This document shows positions 18,364 to 28,599 of a DNA stretch of 64,000 nucleotides, one piece after another; position 1 is the stretch's first letter, and the number at the start of each line of letters is the position of its first letter. Origin of the DNA: Candidatus Doudnabacteria bacterium. Its GTDB lineage: Bacteria; Patescibacteriota; Doudnabacteria; UBA920. The translations under genes were made by a program, and so were the position numbers. The notes beneath the pieces were generated by a model. It did not search any database, was not told where the DNA came from, and saw nothing but the letters and a program-made list of their open reading frames with translations. Location: contig CAWINB010000004.1 of NCBI GenBank assembly GCA_963837465.1, positions 202,853 to 266,852 of the forward strand, read 5' to 3'.

Positions 18364-19848
18364 ATGGACAACCAAAATATAGGCATGGAGGGTAATTCTC
18401 CAGCGGTCTACACCCCGACAACTGCCATTCCACCAAGCAACGGCATGCCCGGCGCTAAATTGCCGGGACCCATTGCCATTTTAAGGCAAGCTTGGGAAAT
18501 TTATAAAAGCCGTTTTGGCTTATTGCTTGGTATAACATTGCTTCCCTCCGGATTATTGTTGGTTTATTTTTTGTTAGTTGGAGGAGGCGTAATCGCAGGA
18601 AGTTTTTTAACTCCACAGTTAGGGTCAACAGCTGGCGGTGCGACTGTAATCGCCGGGATAATACTTGCTGTCCTTCTATACATTGCGCTAATTTATGTTG
18701 GTATTTGGGCACAAACTGCTTTAATACTTGCTATAAAGGGTGCGGATCAGAAAGTTGGATTTAAACAATCGTTTGGTCAGGCTTCCCATAAAATCGGTTC
18801 ATTTTTTGGCGCCAGTTTACTTGTAGGAATGGCTGTTAGTGGCATGGCATTACTTTTTGAGGTGCCGGGTTTCCTTTTATTTTATAGTGTTTTGTTAAAA
18901 TTTTTACTGCCGTTTTATCAATACCTACTTTTCATCATTGGCGCCTTGGCTTTTATCTTAATTATTCCGGCTATTATTATTGGCGTTCGGTATTCCCTTT
19001 CTGCGTTTGTGGTTGTCGGAGATAACACCAAAGCCTTGTCTGCCGTTAAACGTAGTCGCGATTATGTAAGCGGCTATTGGTGGCCAGTGTTCTGGCGCTT
19101 TTTGTTCATTGGGGTAATAGCGATAATTTTTACTATAATTATTTTTATTATTACCGCATTTTTAACGACTGCCCTTAAAGGAGTAGCCGGATCAGTAGGG
19201 ACTATAATAGGGTCTATCATCAATCTAGCACTATCAGTCATTCTGCCGCCCTTATACATTACTTACGGCTATGAAGTATACACAAACTTAAAAGCCATCA
19301 AAGGAGAATCTCAGATACCGGCAGACAAATCTAGCGGAGTCGTGTGGATAATTATTGTGGTGGTAATACTAGTTATAGCCATAGCTGGGGTATCGATTGT
19401 TTTGCTCAGTTTAAACTCGGCTCGTTCAAAATCCCGCGATGCCAAAAGGTTGGCTGATGCCAGGCAAATCTCAGCAGCATTAGAACTCTACTTTAATGAT
19501 AACAACGCCTATCCGAATACTTTATCGCAATTAGTTCCTACCGATATAGGCGTATTGCCAGTAGCGCCAGAGCCTGCTGATGGTGCTTGCACCTCTTCTG
19601 AAAATCAATATCAATACCAACAAGTTAGCACTAATGATTATAAATTTACTTTCTGCACCGGTGCTTCGGTAGGCGGATATTCTGCCGGGATGCACACCAT
19701 GACCACTCAAGGTATAGATAGCGGTTCTAATAACTTAGAAAATTTTAACTTTCCAAATTCTATACCACAAAACACTACAGCTCCCGCTAGCCAAAGCAAT
19801 CTCGGCTCAAGCCTCAATAGCATTCAAAATTCCAATGGATCAAGATAA
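18364..19848 (+). CDS. Polytopic membrane protein fused to a C-terminal type IV pilin-like globular domain that lacks a prepilin cleavage site
   Basis: The N-terminal ~330 aa contain about 8 TM helices. The C-terminal ~150 aa (NSARSKSRDAKRLADARQISAALELYFNDNNAYP...GGYSAGMHTMTTQGI) are clearly homologous to the host pilin mature domain at 13468..13995 (SSARQKSRDAKRLADMAQMNTGLELYFSDNQGYP...GDFAPGMHILTPEGV). There is no G|FTLIE motif. Confidence 0.7.
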   Translation: MDNQNIGMEGNSPAVYTPTTAIPPSNGMPGAKLPGPIAILRQAWEIYKSRFGLLLGITLLPSGLLLVYFLLVGGGVIAGSFLTPQLGSTAGGATVIAGIILAVLLYIALIYVGIWAQTALILAIKGADQKVGFKQSFGQASHKIGSFFGASLLVGMAVSGMALLFEVPGFLLFYSVLLKFLLPFYQYLLFIIGALAFILIIPAIIIGVRYSLSAFVVVGDNTKALSAVKRSRDYVSGYWWPVFWRFLFIGVIAIIFTIIIFIITAFLTTALKGVAGSVGTIIGSIINLALSVILPPLYITYGYEVYTNLKAIKGESQIPADKSSGVVWIIIVVVILVIAIAGVSIVLLSLNSARSKSRDAKRLADARQISAALELYFNDNNAYPNTLSQLVPTDIGVLPVAPEPADGACTSSENQYQYQQVSTNDYKFTFCTGASVGGYSAGMHTMTTQGIDSGSNNLENFNFPNSIPQNTTAPASQSNLGSSLNSIQNSNGSR

Positions 19849-20755
19849 CGACCCAATTCCAGTGCCTAAACCTACAAGCTCGGATCCCGCCATTCAGGAG
19901 CTTGGAGAAATTACCGACGTTAATGCTGACGTTGATAAATATATCACCCAAAAATACCGTAACCAAATGATAGTTGGCGGATTAATTCTCTTAGCAGCTG
20001 AAGTCCTCTGGTTTATTTATATTTTTGCCAGCAATAATGTTTCTCAAGGCACTTTGGAAGTGGCCTTAATTCCGGTCTTCTTTGCCGTCGCTCTTTTCTC
20101 ACTCGTCAAAAATAAAATCCAAGACGCATTTTTCCAGCAGTTTGCAGCAAGCAACGGATTTACCTTCCAAAAAATCGGCTTGCCGGACAATTTGGATGGT
20201 TCGTTATTTTCCATCGGCCACAGCGCAGGGGGAAGAGATTTAGTTACCGGCAACTTCCAAAATTTGCCGTTGACCCTCTTTAGTTACCACTATACTATAG
20301 GTTACGGAAAAGGCGCACGGACTTATTTTTACACTATTTTCAGACTGGATTACCCCACCCCGTTGCCGCCGATTTTTTTACAAGTAAAAGGCCACGATTT
20401 CGGTGAAGGCATCTTTGATCACTTTTCCAAAAATGACCCGGAAAAAATCCAATTAGAAGGAGACTTTAATCAATACTTTACTCTTTATACCAAGAAAAGT
20501 TTTGAAACAGAGGCATTGCAGGTTTTATCCCCAGACTTTATGGTAAAAATTCAGGATGAGTGGAAAAATTTCAGCTTGGAATTTGTGGGAAGCCATTTGT
20601 ATATTTATACTTACCACGTTGTAGGCACCAAAGCCGAGCTAGACAGCATGTATCAGCTAGCCCAATACCTTATAACAAGAATAGAACCTATGGCGGCTAG
20701 AATGAAGACAACCCTAACTACTTTAGAAGGTTACTACAATGGAGAAAAACAATAA
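19835..20755 (+). CDS. Membrane-anchored hypothetical protein
   Basis: 306 aa ORF with two N-terminal TM helices, overlapping the previous gene by 14 nt. Confidence 0.4.
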   Translation: MDQDNDPIPVPKPTSSDPAIQELGEITDVNADVDKYITQKYRNQMIVGGLILLAAEVLWFIYIFASNNVSQGTLEVALIPVFFAVALFSLVKNKIQDAFFQQFAASNGFTFQKIGLPDNLDGSLFSIGHSAGGRDLVTGNFQNLPLTLFSYHYTIGYGKGARTYFYTIFRLDYPTPLPPIFLQVKGHDFGEGIFDHFSKNDPEKIQLEGDFNQYFTLYTKKSFETEALQVLSPDFMVKIQDEWKNFSLEFVGSHLYIYTYHVVGTKAELDSMYQLAQYLITRIEPMAARMKTTLTTLEGYYNGEKQ

Positions 20756-20848
20756 AAATTTGTTGACGGCTTGTCAAAAATGTGCTATAATTAAAGCAAT
20801 AATTCCTTTAAAATAAAAATTATTAATTCGATAATTAAAAAACCACAT

Positions 20849-23206
20849 ATGAAAAAAATACTTTCGACATTCGTTGCTATAGGGATGTTGACTTTTGTGC
20901 TGCTTCCAGCAGCGCAAGTTTGGGCTGCTGCGACAGTCACTTTGGCTGCCACAGCTCTACCTCATGCAAAGGTTAACCAACCCTATTCTGCCAGCGTTGC
21001 CTTTACCAACTCCGGTAATGGCAGCACCACCTATGCTCTTAACGGCACGTGGACGGGTTTGCCCAATGGCATTATTGGACAAGGTTTAGCTTCTAATCCT
21101 GATCAGGTTATGGGAATGTTGGGCAGTTCAGGAAATTTTACATTATCGGGAACCCCGACCCAAGCAGGGACTTACAACGTTAGCTTAAGCGTTAACGATC
21201 AATACGGCGGCTCTGCCAGCCAGAGTTTTGTATTATATGTAGACGGACCATCAGCTATTCAAATTAATGGGACATCAATTCCGGCCGGACTAGTTGGCAC
21301 ACCTTATAGCGCTTCCATCCCTTACACTTATAACGGCACTTACGCACTTAACGCTACTTGGACTGGATTGCCGCCGGGAATAATTGGTCAAGGATTAGCC
21401 TCCGATCCCAACCATGTTTATGGCTTGCTAGGAAACTCGGTTACTGTTCTTTTGCAAGGAACCCCAACTACAGCGGGCGTATACAGCGCGCACCTTTCGA
21501 TGACCGACCAATACGGCGCTACTGCCGATCAGTATTTTAACATCATCGTCAGCACGCCAAACTCTCTTAATATCACAGCAACTTCGTTAGCCAGTGGCAC
21601 AGTAGGTCAATCTTATTCAGCTACTATTCCTTACACCTATTCAGGCTCGCCTTGTTTGAATGCTACTTGGACAGGTTTACCGTCCGGCATCATCGGCCAA
21701 GGTTTGGCTTCTAACCCCAACTCTGTTCTCGGAGTATGCGGACAAGGAAATGAAAATCTAACTTTATCAGGAACACCCACTCAAGCCGGCACATTTACTG
21801 TTACGCTACAAATGACCGATCAGGGCGCGCTCAATGTCACTAAAACATTTGCTCTTTCCGTTAGCTCATCCGCGAACAGCACCGCGAATCAAAATTTTCA
21901 AGTTACAACCACTTCTCTACCGCCGGGGACAGTAGGCACCACTTATGCAAGCGGAATATATTACACTTACACAGGCCAAGATGCTTTAAACGCTACGTTT
22001 ACCAGTCTGCCACCCGGTTTATATACTGGCACGTGCGGGTCAAGTTGTTTAACCAATACTGGTATGACCCCGGCGAGCAATGGCGGCACTGGAACTGTAT
22101 ATATCAGTGGCACCCCTACTCAGGCAGGAAATTATAGCGTTTCTCTTTACATCAACGATCCAACATACGTAGGCTCTGCTTCTTCAGGAATCAGCAAACA
22201 GTTTACTATTCAGATAAACCCTACTGGTGTCAGTAATAATATGACCCCCACGGCTCCACTTTTTTCTGGACCGAGCACAGTCCAAGCGGGCACTTCCGCA
22301 TCTTATACTTTTAGTTCTTGGGATCAAGATAATGACGGCTATAATGGCGGTTCGTTAAGTTATTCAGTAAACTGGGGCGACAACTCTCCAATAAGCAACC
22401 AAAGTGGTTTTGCTTCCGGAGCCGGCTTTACTACATCTCATACATGGACAAATGCCGGCAATTACCAAATCACAGTTACTGTCACGCCGGGTTTGGGTAA
22501 TACAGTGCAAGGCAGTTATCCGGTGCAGGTGACTTCAACTGTTGTAACCCCAACTCCTACGCCGACTCCCACTCCCACACCATCTACTGGCAGCAGTATT
22601 AATTTACCCGACGGCACTGTCATAAAACTGCCTAATAGCCCGACTGTCTATTTGGTTTCCGGCGGTCAGCTTACACCGTTTACCTCGGCTCAAGACTTCT
22701 TAAGCAAAGGTTATACTTGGTCACAAGTCCAACAGGTTAGCCCCAGCCAAGTTTCTACTCCTACTACAAATACAAATTCTGGAAGTAATTCTGGATTAAG
22801 CACTTCCAGCTTCTATCCCTATCCTTCAGGTAGTTTGGTGAACGATGGGGGCACAGTTTACTTTATTGGCAGTGGTCATACCAAAGTCGCATTTACCAGC
22901 TCTCAGGCTTTTGTGGGATTAGGTTATTCATTCGGGAATGTCATTCAAGGTGACTTAACCAACTACCCCTTATCCAGCAGTTATGCTCTCTCTTCGTCAA
23001 ATATAGCTCACCCATGGGGAAGCTGGTTAATTAACAAAGGAACAGTTTACTATTCCTCTCAAAGCGGTTTAATAGGCGTTCCAAATTCTCAAATTTTCAC
23101 TGCCAATGGTGGAAATTGGAATTTACTAGTTAAAGCTAATTCCTACGATATGAGCGCCTCAATTCTTTCTGCTATGACGTTAAATGATACAAGAGTAATC
23201 CAGTAG
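20849..23206 (+). CDS. Large secreted cell-surface protein with tandem He_PIG-like (putative Ig) repeats, a (TP)n linker and a C-terminal domain
   Basis: Signal peptide present. At least four ~100-aa repeats follow the pattern NATWTGLPPGIIGQGLASNPN...LSGTPTQAGT..V.L.M.DQ, which resembles the 'LPxGL...G.ISGTPT..AGTY' signature of the PF05345 putative Ig domain. A PTPTPTPTPTP linker is also present. Terminator hairpins follow at 23221..23305. Confidence 0.6.
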   Translation: MKKILSTFVAIGMLTFVLLPAAQVWAAATVTLAATALPHAKVNQPYSASVAFTNSGNGSTTYALNGTWTGLPNGIIGQGLASNPDQVMGMLGSSGNFTLSGTPTQAGTYNVSLSVNDQYGGSASQSFVLYVDGPSAIQINGTSIPAGLVGTPYSASIPYTYNGTYALNATWTGLPPGIIGQGLASDPNHVYGLLGNSVTVLLQGTPTTAGVYSAHLSMTDQYGATADQYFNIIVSTPNSLNITATSLASGTVGQSYSATIPYTYSGSPCLNATWTGLPSGIIGQGLASNPNSVLGVCGQGNENLTLSGTPTQAGTFTVTLQMTDQGALNVTKTFALSVSSSANSTANQNFQVTTTSLPPGTVGTTYASGIYYTYTGQDALNATFTSLPPGLYTGTCGSSCLTNTGMTPASNGGTGTVYISGTPTQAGNYSVSLYINDPTYVGSASSGISKQFTIQINPTGVSNNMTPTAPLFSGPSTVQAGTSASYTFSSWDQDNDGYNGGSLSYSVNWGDNSPISNQSGFASGAGFTTSHTWTNAGNYQITVTVTPGLGNTVQGSYPVQVTSTVVTPTPTPTPTPTPSTGSSINLPDGTVIKLPNSPTVYLVSGGQLTPFTSAQDFLSKGYTWSQVQQVSPSQVSTPTTNTNSGSNSGLSTSSFYPYPSGSLVNDGGTVYFIGSGHTKVAFTSSQAFVGLGYSFGNVIQGDLTNYPLSSSYALSSSNIAHPWGSWLINKGTVYYSSQSGLIGVPNSQIFTANGGNWNLLVKANSYDMSASILSAMTLNDTRVIQ

Positions 23207-23289
23207 TTCGACTCAGAAAAAATTGCAAAACCGCCATGTCTAGAGCTGGCGGTTTTTGCTTTGTAAATAGGAAAAGCGGCCGCGAAACT

Positions 23290-24033
23290 TCATTGCGGCC
23301 GCTTGTAGATAGTCGGAGAACGAGGAGTTTTACCGCCAGCTTTCAGATAGTTTAGGAATTCAGCGCACCCTCTCTTGTAATCGCATCTCTGGAGGATATC
23401 GTCGGCTTCTAAAAAATCTGTATCAAGTGGCTGGCCGATGGCGCGAAGTTGCTTGACTGCAAGCTGGTCGACTTTTATCCATACCCTTTCTTCTTCCAGG
23501 AGCTGCTGTTCATCGGTCGCGTTGCCTTTGGTGTAGTAGGATTTGTCGCGCTCGAAGTGTGTAGCCTCATGCACCAGTCCCAAAGCAAAATTATTTTTAC
23601 TTAACTGGTTGAAGCCAACCGGCACTTTCTGTTGAACGCGCACGATCATAAGTAGCCGTGGCGTATAAATGAAAATGCAGGGCGTGTAGGGTGGTTTGTC
23701 ATCGCTGTTCTTAGACACGTAGGCAGAGCTCATCATCGTAGCCTTGTTTTCCAGCCCGGCCTTGATTTTGTAGTATTGCCCGATGGCTTCGATCTTGAGG
23801 CGACCAGCAGAATACTCATCCCAAATCCATTGAATTTTTTCTTTCATGAATGGTGTCATGTAGGAGTTCGCCGGATCGGATGCCCCCGTCGCCGTTAATA
23901 GGTCATTGACTAACTGCTTGGCTTCGTCTGCCGAAAACTGGAAAGTCTGCTCTGTAGGCTGTATTGGGGTTATAACCGTTGGTTCCTTTCTGGACTGTTT
24001 CGTTGGAAACAGAGCAAAAATTACCACGACCAT
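23290..24033 (-). CDS. Membrane-anchored putative zinc metallopeptidase (HExxH)
   Basis: The N-terminal TM segment is followed by a conserved VHEATHFE (HExxH) motif. The region is moderately GC-rich. Confidence 0.45.
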   Translation of the reverse strand: MVVVIFALFPTKQSRKEPTVITPIQPTEQTFQFSADEAKQLVNDLLTATGASDPANSYMTPFMKEKIQWIWDEYSAGRLKIEAIGQYYKIKAGLENKATMMSSAYVSKNSDDKPPYTPCIFIYTPRLLMIVRVQQKVPVGFNQLSKNNFALGLVHEATHFERDKSYYTKGNATDEQQLLEEERVWIKVDQLAVKQLRAIGQPLDTDFLEADDILQRCDYKRGCAEFLNYLKAGGKTPRSPTIYKRPQ

Positions 24034-24562
24034 AGCTGCAACGATTGCCAGTAGAGCGATCCAGTTCGGTTGCTTTTTACGGACTGCTCGACTCGTTTTC
24101 TTTGACTCAATTTTCTATCCTCCAATTGGTGTTGTAACAGACAATTATATAGGATTTTTGACACTTTGACAATGGTCGTATTTTTCGATTTGACACCTTC
24201 CTAACCACAAGGTAACATACGCCAAATTGCATAGATTATAACCCTTGTTAAGGCTTGCAGGCACAAGGATTGCAATATTGGCATTTTTCGTTATAATACG
24301 GAAAATCCACTTTTTGAAACCTATCAGCCTGCAAGCTGGGGAGTAAAAGAGTGGATTTTTCGTTTTGGAACTCCGCACACCGAACTCACTACAAGTGGCT
24401 TAAAAGTGATTTTGTTTACCTCGGGTCGTGAGGTGGAAAATTTTATTTTCTTTTAAGCCTGTGGATAAACATGTGCTAATTTTAGGAACCTCTAATAAAT
24501 TTAAAGTCTTGTTTCTTAGTGAACGTTCGTTCATAATAGATTCATGACTCCTCAAAAAACCG

Positions 24563-25723
24563 ATGAGCCAAATTCAAATAGACAGTTTACGAAAAACCCC
24601 ATCAAGGTCTTTCGTTGCAGAAACTTTTGGAAGGATATTTTCTATGTCCAAGCCTACAAAAACTTTCAGCGAGGCCGGCCAAGAGTTTCTCTATTGGTGC
24701 CAGTATGGCAGATCAGAAGCCGTTGCAAAAACCACGCTCAAAACCTATACCAGAACATTGGAACTTATTGCCAAGCATTTTGGAGATGTCCCGGTTAGTG
24801 AGGTTACGCTGGAGCATGTCCTGAATTTGAAAAAGGATTTTTTGGATCGGGGTGCCAAGCCTGGCTATTTGAATAAGGTGGTAATGCTAGTTCGGTCGGT
24901 TATAAAACACGCAGCAGAAAAAATGCATTTACCAGTTATGTCTTGGCGCGAGATTGAGCTGCCAAGAAAGCCCCGGCCGGAAGTCAGGTATTTGAGTCAG
25001 AGCGAGCTTGACCGGGCAATGTCTTTCATTCATACCGACACACTGCAAGGTATCCGCTTTAAAGCCGTCTTTACAGCCATGCTGGACACGGGCATGCGTA
25101 TTTCCGAGGTTTTGTCGCTAAACAGGGATTCTATTGAATGGGGAGATAAGTCAGCATATATTATTGGTAAGGGCAGTAAAAAACGAAAAGTCTTGTTTCA
25201 GGACTGGTCATTGTGGTGGATCCAACAATATTTATCTAACCGCAAAGACAAACATGAGGCCATGTTCGTTTCTCACCAGAGCGGATATCCCATAGCGCGG
25301 CTACAGACCAATGATGTGCAGCGGGTATTCCGGAGAATTGCCCTCAAGGCAGGTTTGGAAAAATTCACACCACACACGGCCAGAAAAACAGCGGGATCAA
25401 CCATGTGGAATAATGGGGCAGATATTCAGGACGTGCAGGTATTTTTAGGTCATGAAAAGTTGCAAACTACTCAAATTTACGTCGGTAAAAATTATGACCG
25501 TGTCCGGGAGGTGCAAAGCCGAACCTTACAGTATCGGGCTGTGGACGTGGGTGTTACAGCAGTCATCAGGTGGGCAAAGGGCTACGACAAATGCAGCAAT
25601 TGCGGCAAAACGGACAAGCCTCATGGCGCAAAAGGTTATTGCATTAATTGCTACATGAATTTGAAGAACGCGCGAATACGGGCAGAACAGGCACAAACCG
25701 TCGAGAAACCGGTGCCAATTTAG
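24563..25723 (+). CDS. Tyrosine site-specific integrase (phage integrase family) with a C-terminal Cys4 zinc ribbon
   Basis: An N-terminal SAM-like core-binding region is followed by a catalytic domain with R...HTARKTAGSTMWNNGADIQDVQVFLGHEKLQTTQIY, matching the integrase H-x-x-R...Y signature. The C-terminus has CSNCGK...CINCY. The start may be the internal Met at about 24644. Confidence 0.85.
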   Translation: MSQIQIDSLRKTPSRSFVAETFGRIFSMSKPTKTFSEAGQEFLYWCQYGRSEAVAKTTLKTYTRTLELIAKHFGDVPVSEVTLEHVLNLKKDFLDRGAKPGYLNKVVMLVRSVIKHAAEKMHLPVMSWREIELPRKPRPEVRYLSQSELDRAMSFIHTDTLQGIRFKAVFTAMLDTGMRISEVLSLNRDSIEWGDKSAYIIGKGSKKRKVLFQDWSLWWIQQYLSNRKDKHEAMFVSHQSGYPIARLQTNDVQRVFRRIALKAGLEKFTPHTARKTAGSTMWNNGADIQDVQVFLGHEKLQTTQIYVGKNYDRVREVQSRTLQYRAVDVGVTAVIRWAKGYDKCSNCGKTDKPHGAKGYCINCYMNLKNARIRAEQAQTVEKPVPI

Positions 25724-25760
25724 ACTTGCATTTGTATACCGGTTATGTTAATATGGATGT

Positions 25761-25949
25761 ATGCATGAACAAAAGCTTAGTCGGAACATGGCAGTGGTGA
25801 TTTTAAGGAAGGCTAACCCAAAAGTCTTTACTTTTGACGAATTAGCCGATTTATTTGAGGTTCAGAAGCATGTTGTGCATAAAGTGTTTCTGCGAGATAA
25901 GGATAAATATAACTTGCCAAACGAAAGTCTAGTAAATTCAAGGGTTTGA
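25761..25949 (+). CDS. Small hypothetical protein downstream of the integrase
   Basis: 62 aa ORF between the integrase gene and the att-like core and tRNA-Lys. Confidence 0.25.
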   Translation: MHEQKLSRNMAVVILRKANPKVFTFDELADLFEVQKHVVHKVFLRDKDKYNLPNESLVNSRV

Positions 25950-26148
25950 TAGGATTAGCAAATCTTGTATACCCATTTTGGAAAAATTTGGCAAAGTTCT
26001 TTAAAAAATTGGTGTTTATATAAAAGTAGTAAAGAAAATTTTGGCTCAATGATTGATGCTTTATCACACTGGGCTGAGTTCGACCCCATTAGACGACAAA
26101 GGCTCCTAATTTCCCAGTCTGTATACCTTTGAAAAATTTAATACTCGT

Positions 26149-26224
26149 GGGTCGGTAGCTCAGCTGGTAGAGCAGCGGCCTTTTAAGCCGTTTGTCGAGG
26201 GTTCGACCCCCTCCCGACCCACCA
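26149..26224 (+). tRNA. tRNA-Lys(TTT), copy 2 (different acceptor and T stems from copy 1)
   Basis: Cloverleaf with acceptor GGGTCGG/CCGACCC and T-arm GAGGG-TTCGACC-CCCTC. Positions 8-47 are identical to copy 1. Confidence 0.9.
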
Positions 26225-27665
26225 TATTGAACTTCTTGGAATCTGCAACGAGTTTAAACTCATTTTTCCAATTGGGGATTAGTGTTTCTCCATTCCAAGA
26301 AAAGTTTTCCAACATAGACTTCACCAAACGCCTTTTCCCTTCGGGAGAGGCTTTTTGGTAAGAGAAATAAGGATTTCTTAAAAGTTTTCCAAGTAGCACC
26401 ATTTGGTCTAAAATCTTTTCATCCGCAGTATCCAAAGCAACCCGCCTTTGCCTAAGCACTAATGATTGGTTAACAAACCTGGCCTTTAGCGAATTGTAAG
26501 TGTCTTCCTCAATTTTACCCTCAATTAGCCTCATTGCCAAGGCCTCAGTTTGTTGCCTTATTCTGACCTCGTCCATCTGAATTTTCTTTAGTTCGTCATC
26601 CTTGCAAAAGTTCATATCAGTCCGAAAACTCTTGACGGCTTCAATATATTTCTGCCCCTCTTGCTCGCTGAACTGGATTTCTTTTAACCGTTTTAAAAAC
26701 TGTTTTTCAATGACGGCTTCCCCAATATTTTTAAAGCCGCAGTTTTTATTTCGGCAATTGTAATATTTATATTTTTTCTTTGCCGAAACACAGCGTAGTT
26801 TACCTTTGCACAAAGGGCAGAATACTAAATTTTGAAAAACATAAATAAAAGTTTTGCTATGCTTGTAGCCTCTGCCACTTAAAACTACCTGCACTTGATC
26901 GTAAAGGTCTTTGGTGACAATGGGGGTATGCTTGCCCTCAATCGGTTCCTTGCGATAGCGAAAGAAGCCGTAGTAAAACGGATTGCGTAATATGTGAGCC
27001 AGTTTATTTTTACTTAACTTACAGCCTTTTTTAGTAAGTAAGCCCATTTCAGTTAAAATATCGGTTAACTGCACTAGCGAATAATTGCCTGTAGCGTACA
27101 TTTCAAAAGCTCTTTTTATAAACGGTGCTTTCACTGGATCTGGTTCTTTAAAAGCTTTCTTGCCCATGTTGACATAGCCTATCGGAGCAGGTAATGGAGT
27201 CATCCCTAAATTTAATAATCCGCTTATGCCTTTGTTGACTTCCTGCTTTAGGTTGGCAACGTAAGACTTGGCAAAACCAAATTGGATAAATAATATGCCC
27301 TTGTTGGGAGTTGAACTGGAAATTCCGTCAGCTACAAAATGCAGATCAAAACCAGCGTTCATCATATCTTCTAAAATTATCATATCCTGAAAATTCCTGG
27401 AGGCTCGGTCAACTTTATTAAAAATAATGCCTTTAACTTTATAATGTTTAGCTAATGCTATCATTTCGTGAAATTCATGGCGATCAATTTTTGAAGCACT
27501 TTCAATCTCCCTGAAAACTTTGAAAATTGGCAGTGGCGGATGATGATGTTCCGCATAAAATTGGTTTTGCCGTGTTTGTTCGTCTAAAGACGCTCCATCC
27601 GATTGCATTTGGCTGGAGACCCTGACATAGGAAATATAGGAATTTTGGTAGTCAATTGCTTTCAT
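26160..27665 (-). CDS. Large serine recombinase (resolvase catalytic domain, recombinase domain, zinc ribbon and coiled coil)
   Basis: Catalytic domain YISYVRVSSQMQ...KVDRASRN with the Ser nucleophile. The recombinase domain and zinc ribbon CPLCKGKLRCV...YYNCRNKNCGF follow, then a coiled coil. The last ~16 codons are encoded antisense to tRNA-Lys copy 2. Confidence 0.85.
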   Translation of the reverse strand: MKAIDYQNSYISYVRVSSQMQSDGASLDEQTRQNQFYAEHHHPPLPIFKVFREIESASKIDRHEFHEMIALAKHYKVKGIIFNKVDRASRNFQDMIILEDMMNAGFDLHFVADGISSSTPNKGILFIQFGFAKSYVANLKQEVNKGISGLLNLGMTPLPAPIGYVNMGKKAFKEPDPVKAPFIKRAFEMYATGNYSLVQLTDILTEMGLLTKKGCKLSKNKLAHILRNPFYYGFFRYRKEPIEGKHTPIVTKDLYDQVQVVLSGRGYKHSKTFIYVFQNLVFCPLCKGKLRCVSAKKKYKYYNCRNKNCGFKNIGEAVIEKQFLKRLKEIQFSEQEGQKYIEAVKSFRTDMNFCKDDELKKIQMDEVRIRQQTEALAMRLIEGKIEEDTYNSLKARFVNQSLVLRQRRVALDTADEKILDQMVLLGKLLRNPYFSYQKASPEGKRRLVKSMLENFSWNGETLIPNWKNEFKLVADSKKFNMVGREGVEPSTNGLKGRCSTS

Positions 27666-28429
27666 AATATCTTTGAATAGGCTCCGCTGTAAGTTTGATT
27701 TTTATAGGTTATAAATCCCTTATACATCTTATTGCTTAAAATTTTGCGTATTGATGAGGGATGCCAAAGACTGACTCCTCGCTTGGTCGGTATGTTATTT
27801 TGGTTAAGATGCTTGGCAATACGGGCAACGCTCATTTTTTGATAGCGCTTGAGGTAATAAATTTTTTTGACTACTTCCGCTTCTTTTTTATTTATAGTAA
27901 GTTGTCCGTCTTTGCTGTTATAGCCATAAATAAGCCCTCCGTGCCAGTTGCCTTTGGCAACGGATTGGTCACGGCCTGTCTTCATGCGAATGGTGATAAG
28001 ACTTCTTTCAAACTCGGAAAAAATTCCGATCATTTGCCTAAAGGCTTTGCGGAACGGATCATTATCCGATAAATTAGGCTCTAAAACTGAAACAATATTC
28101 TTTTTTAATTCGGCAAATTTTTTAATTAAAAGTTCCTGTAAAACCAAATCCCTGGCAAGCCTTGTCAGGCTGTAAATTAGTACTGTATCCACATCATCAT
28201 TGGTTTCCAAAAACTTCATTAGTTTTAGTAAGGCTGGTCTGTCTTGCAGTTCTTTGCTTCCGCTAACTCCGTCATCCTTGAAGCAGTCAATAATTTCCAT
28301 ATCATGTTTTTTTGCATAATCAGTCAAGCTTTTGACTTGTAATTCTATATTGTCATTTTCGGCCTGTATCGCTGTGGAAACTCGGCAGTAAATTATGCAA
28401 CGGGTCATTTTGACCTCCTTAAAGCCCAA
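27662..28429 (-). CDS. Short serine recombinase (resolvase catalytic domain and recombinase domain, no zinc ribbon or coiled coil)
   Basis: Catalytic motif CIIYCRVSTAIQ...SLTRLARD is followed by a partial recombinase domain. It overlaps the downstream LSR by ATGA, indicating translational coupling. Confidence 0.75.
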   Translation of the reverse strand: MGFKEVKMTRCIIYCRVSTAIQAENDNIELQVKSLTDYAKKHDMEIIDCFKDDGVSGSKELQDRPALLKLMKFLETNDDVDTVLIYSLTRLARDLVLQELLIKKFAELKKNIVSVLEPNLSDNDPFRKAFRQMIGIFSEFERSLITIRMKTGRDQSVAKGNWHGGLIYGYNSKDGQLTINKKEAEVVKKIYYLKRYQKMSVARIAKHLNQNNIPTKRGVSLWHPSSIRKILSNKMYKGFITYKNQTYSGAYSKIL

Positions 28430-28599
28430 CTCACTTTCTTAAATTCATCTCTGGCAAACTTTATGCCTTTTAGGAGAGAAAAGGCTTGTCCAAAGTCTCC
28501 GCTCATAATGCACTGTAAGCGTTCCCTCTCCATAGCTTGGATTTTCTGGCCTGCTAACCGCAACCAGTTAATCCGATCTTCTCTTGAAGAGAATTTCAT
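28405..28599 (-). CDS. Small basic hypothetical protein upstream of the recombinase pair
   Basis: 64 aa ORF overlapping the start of the recombinase gene. It could be an RDF or regulator, but nothing supports that directly. Confidence 0.25.
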   Translation of the reverse strand: MKFSSREDRINWLRLAGQKIQAMERERLQCIMSGDFGQAFSLLKGIKFARDEFKKVSWALRRSK

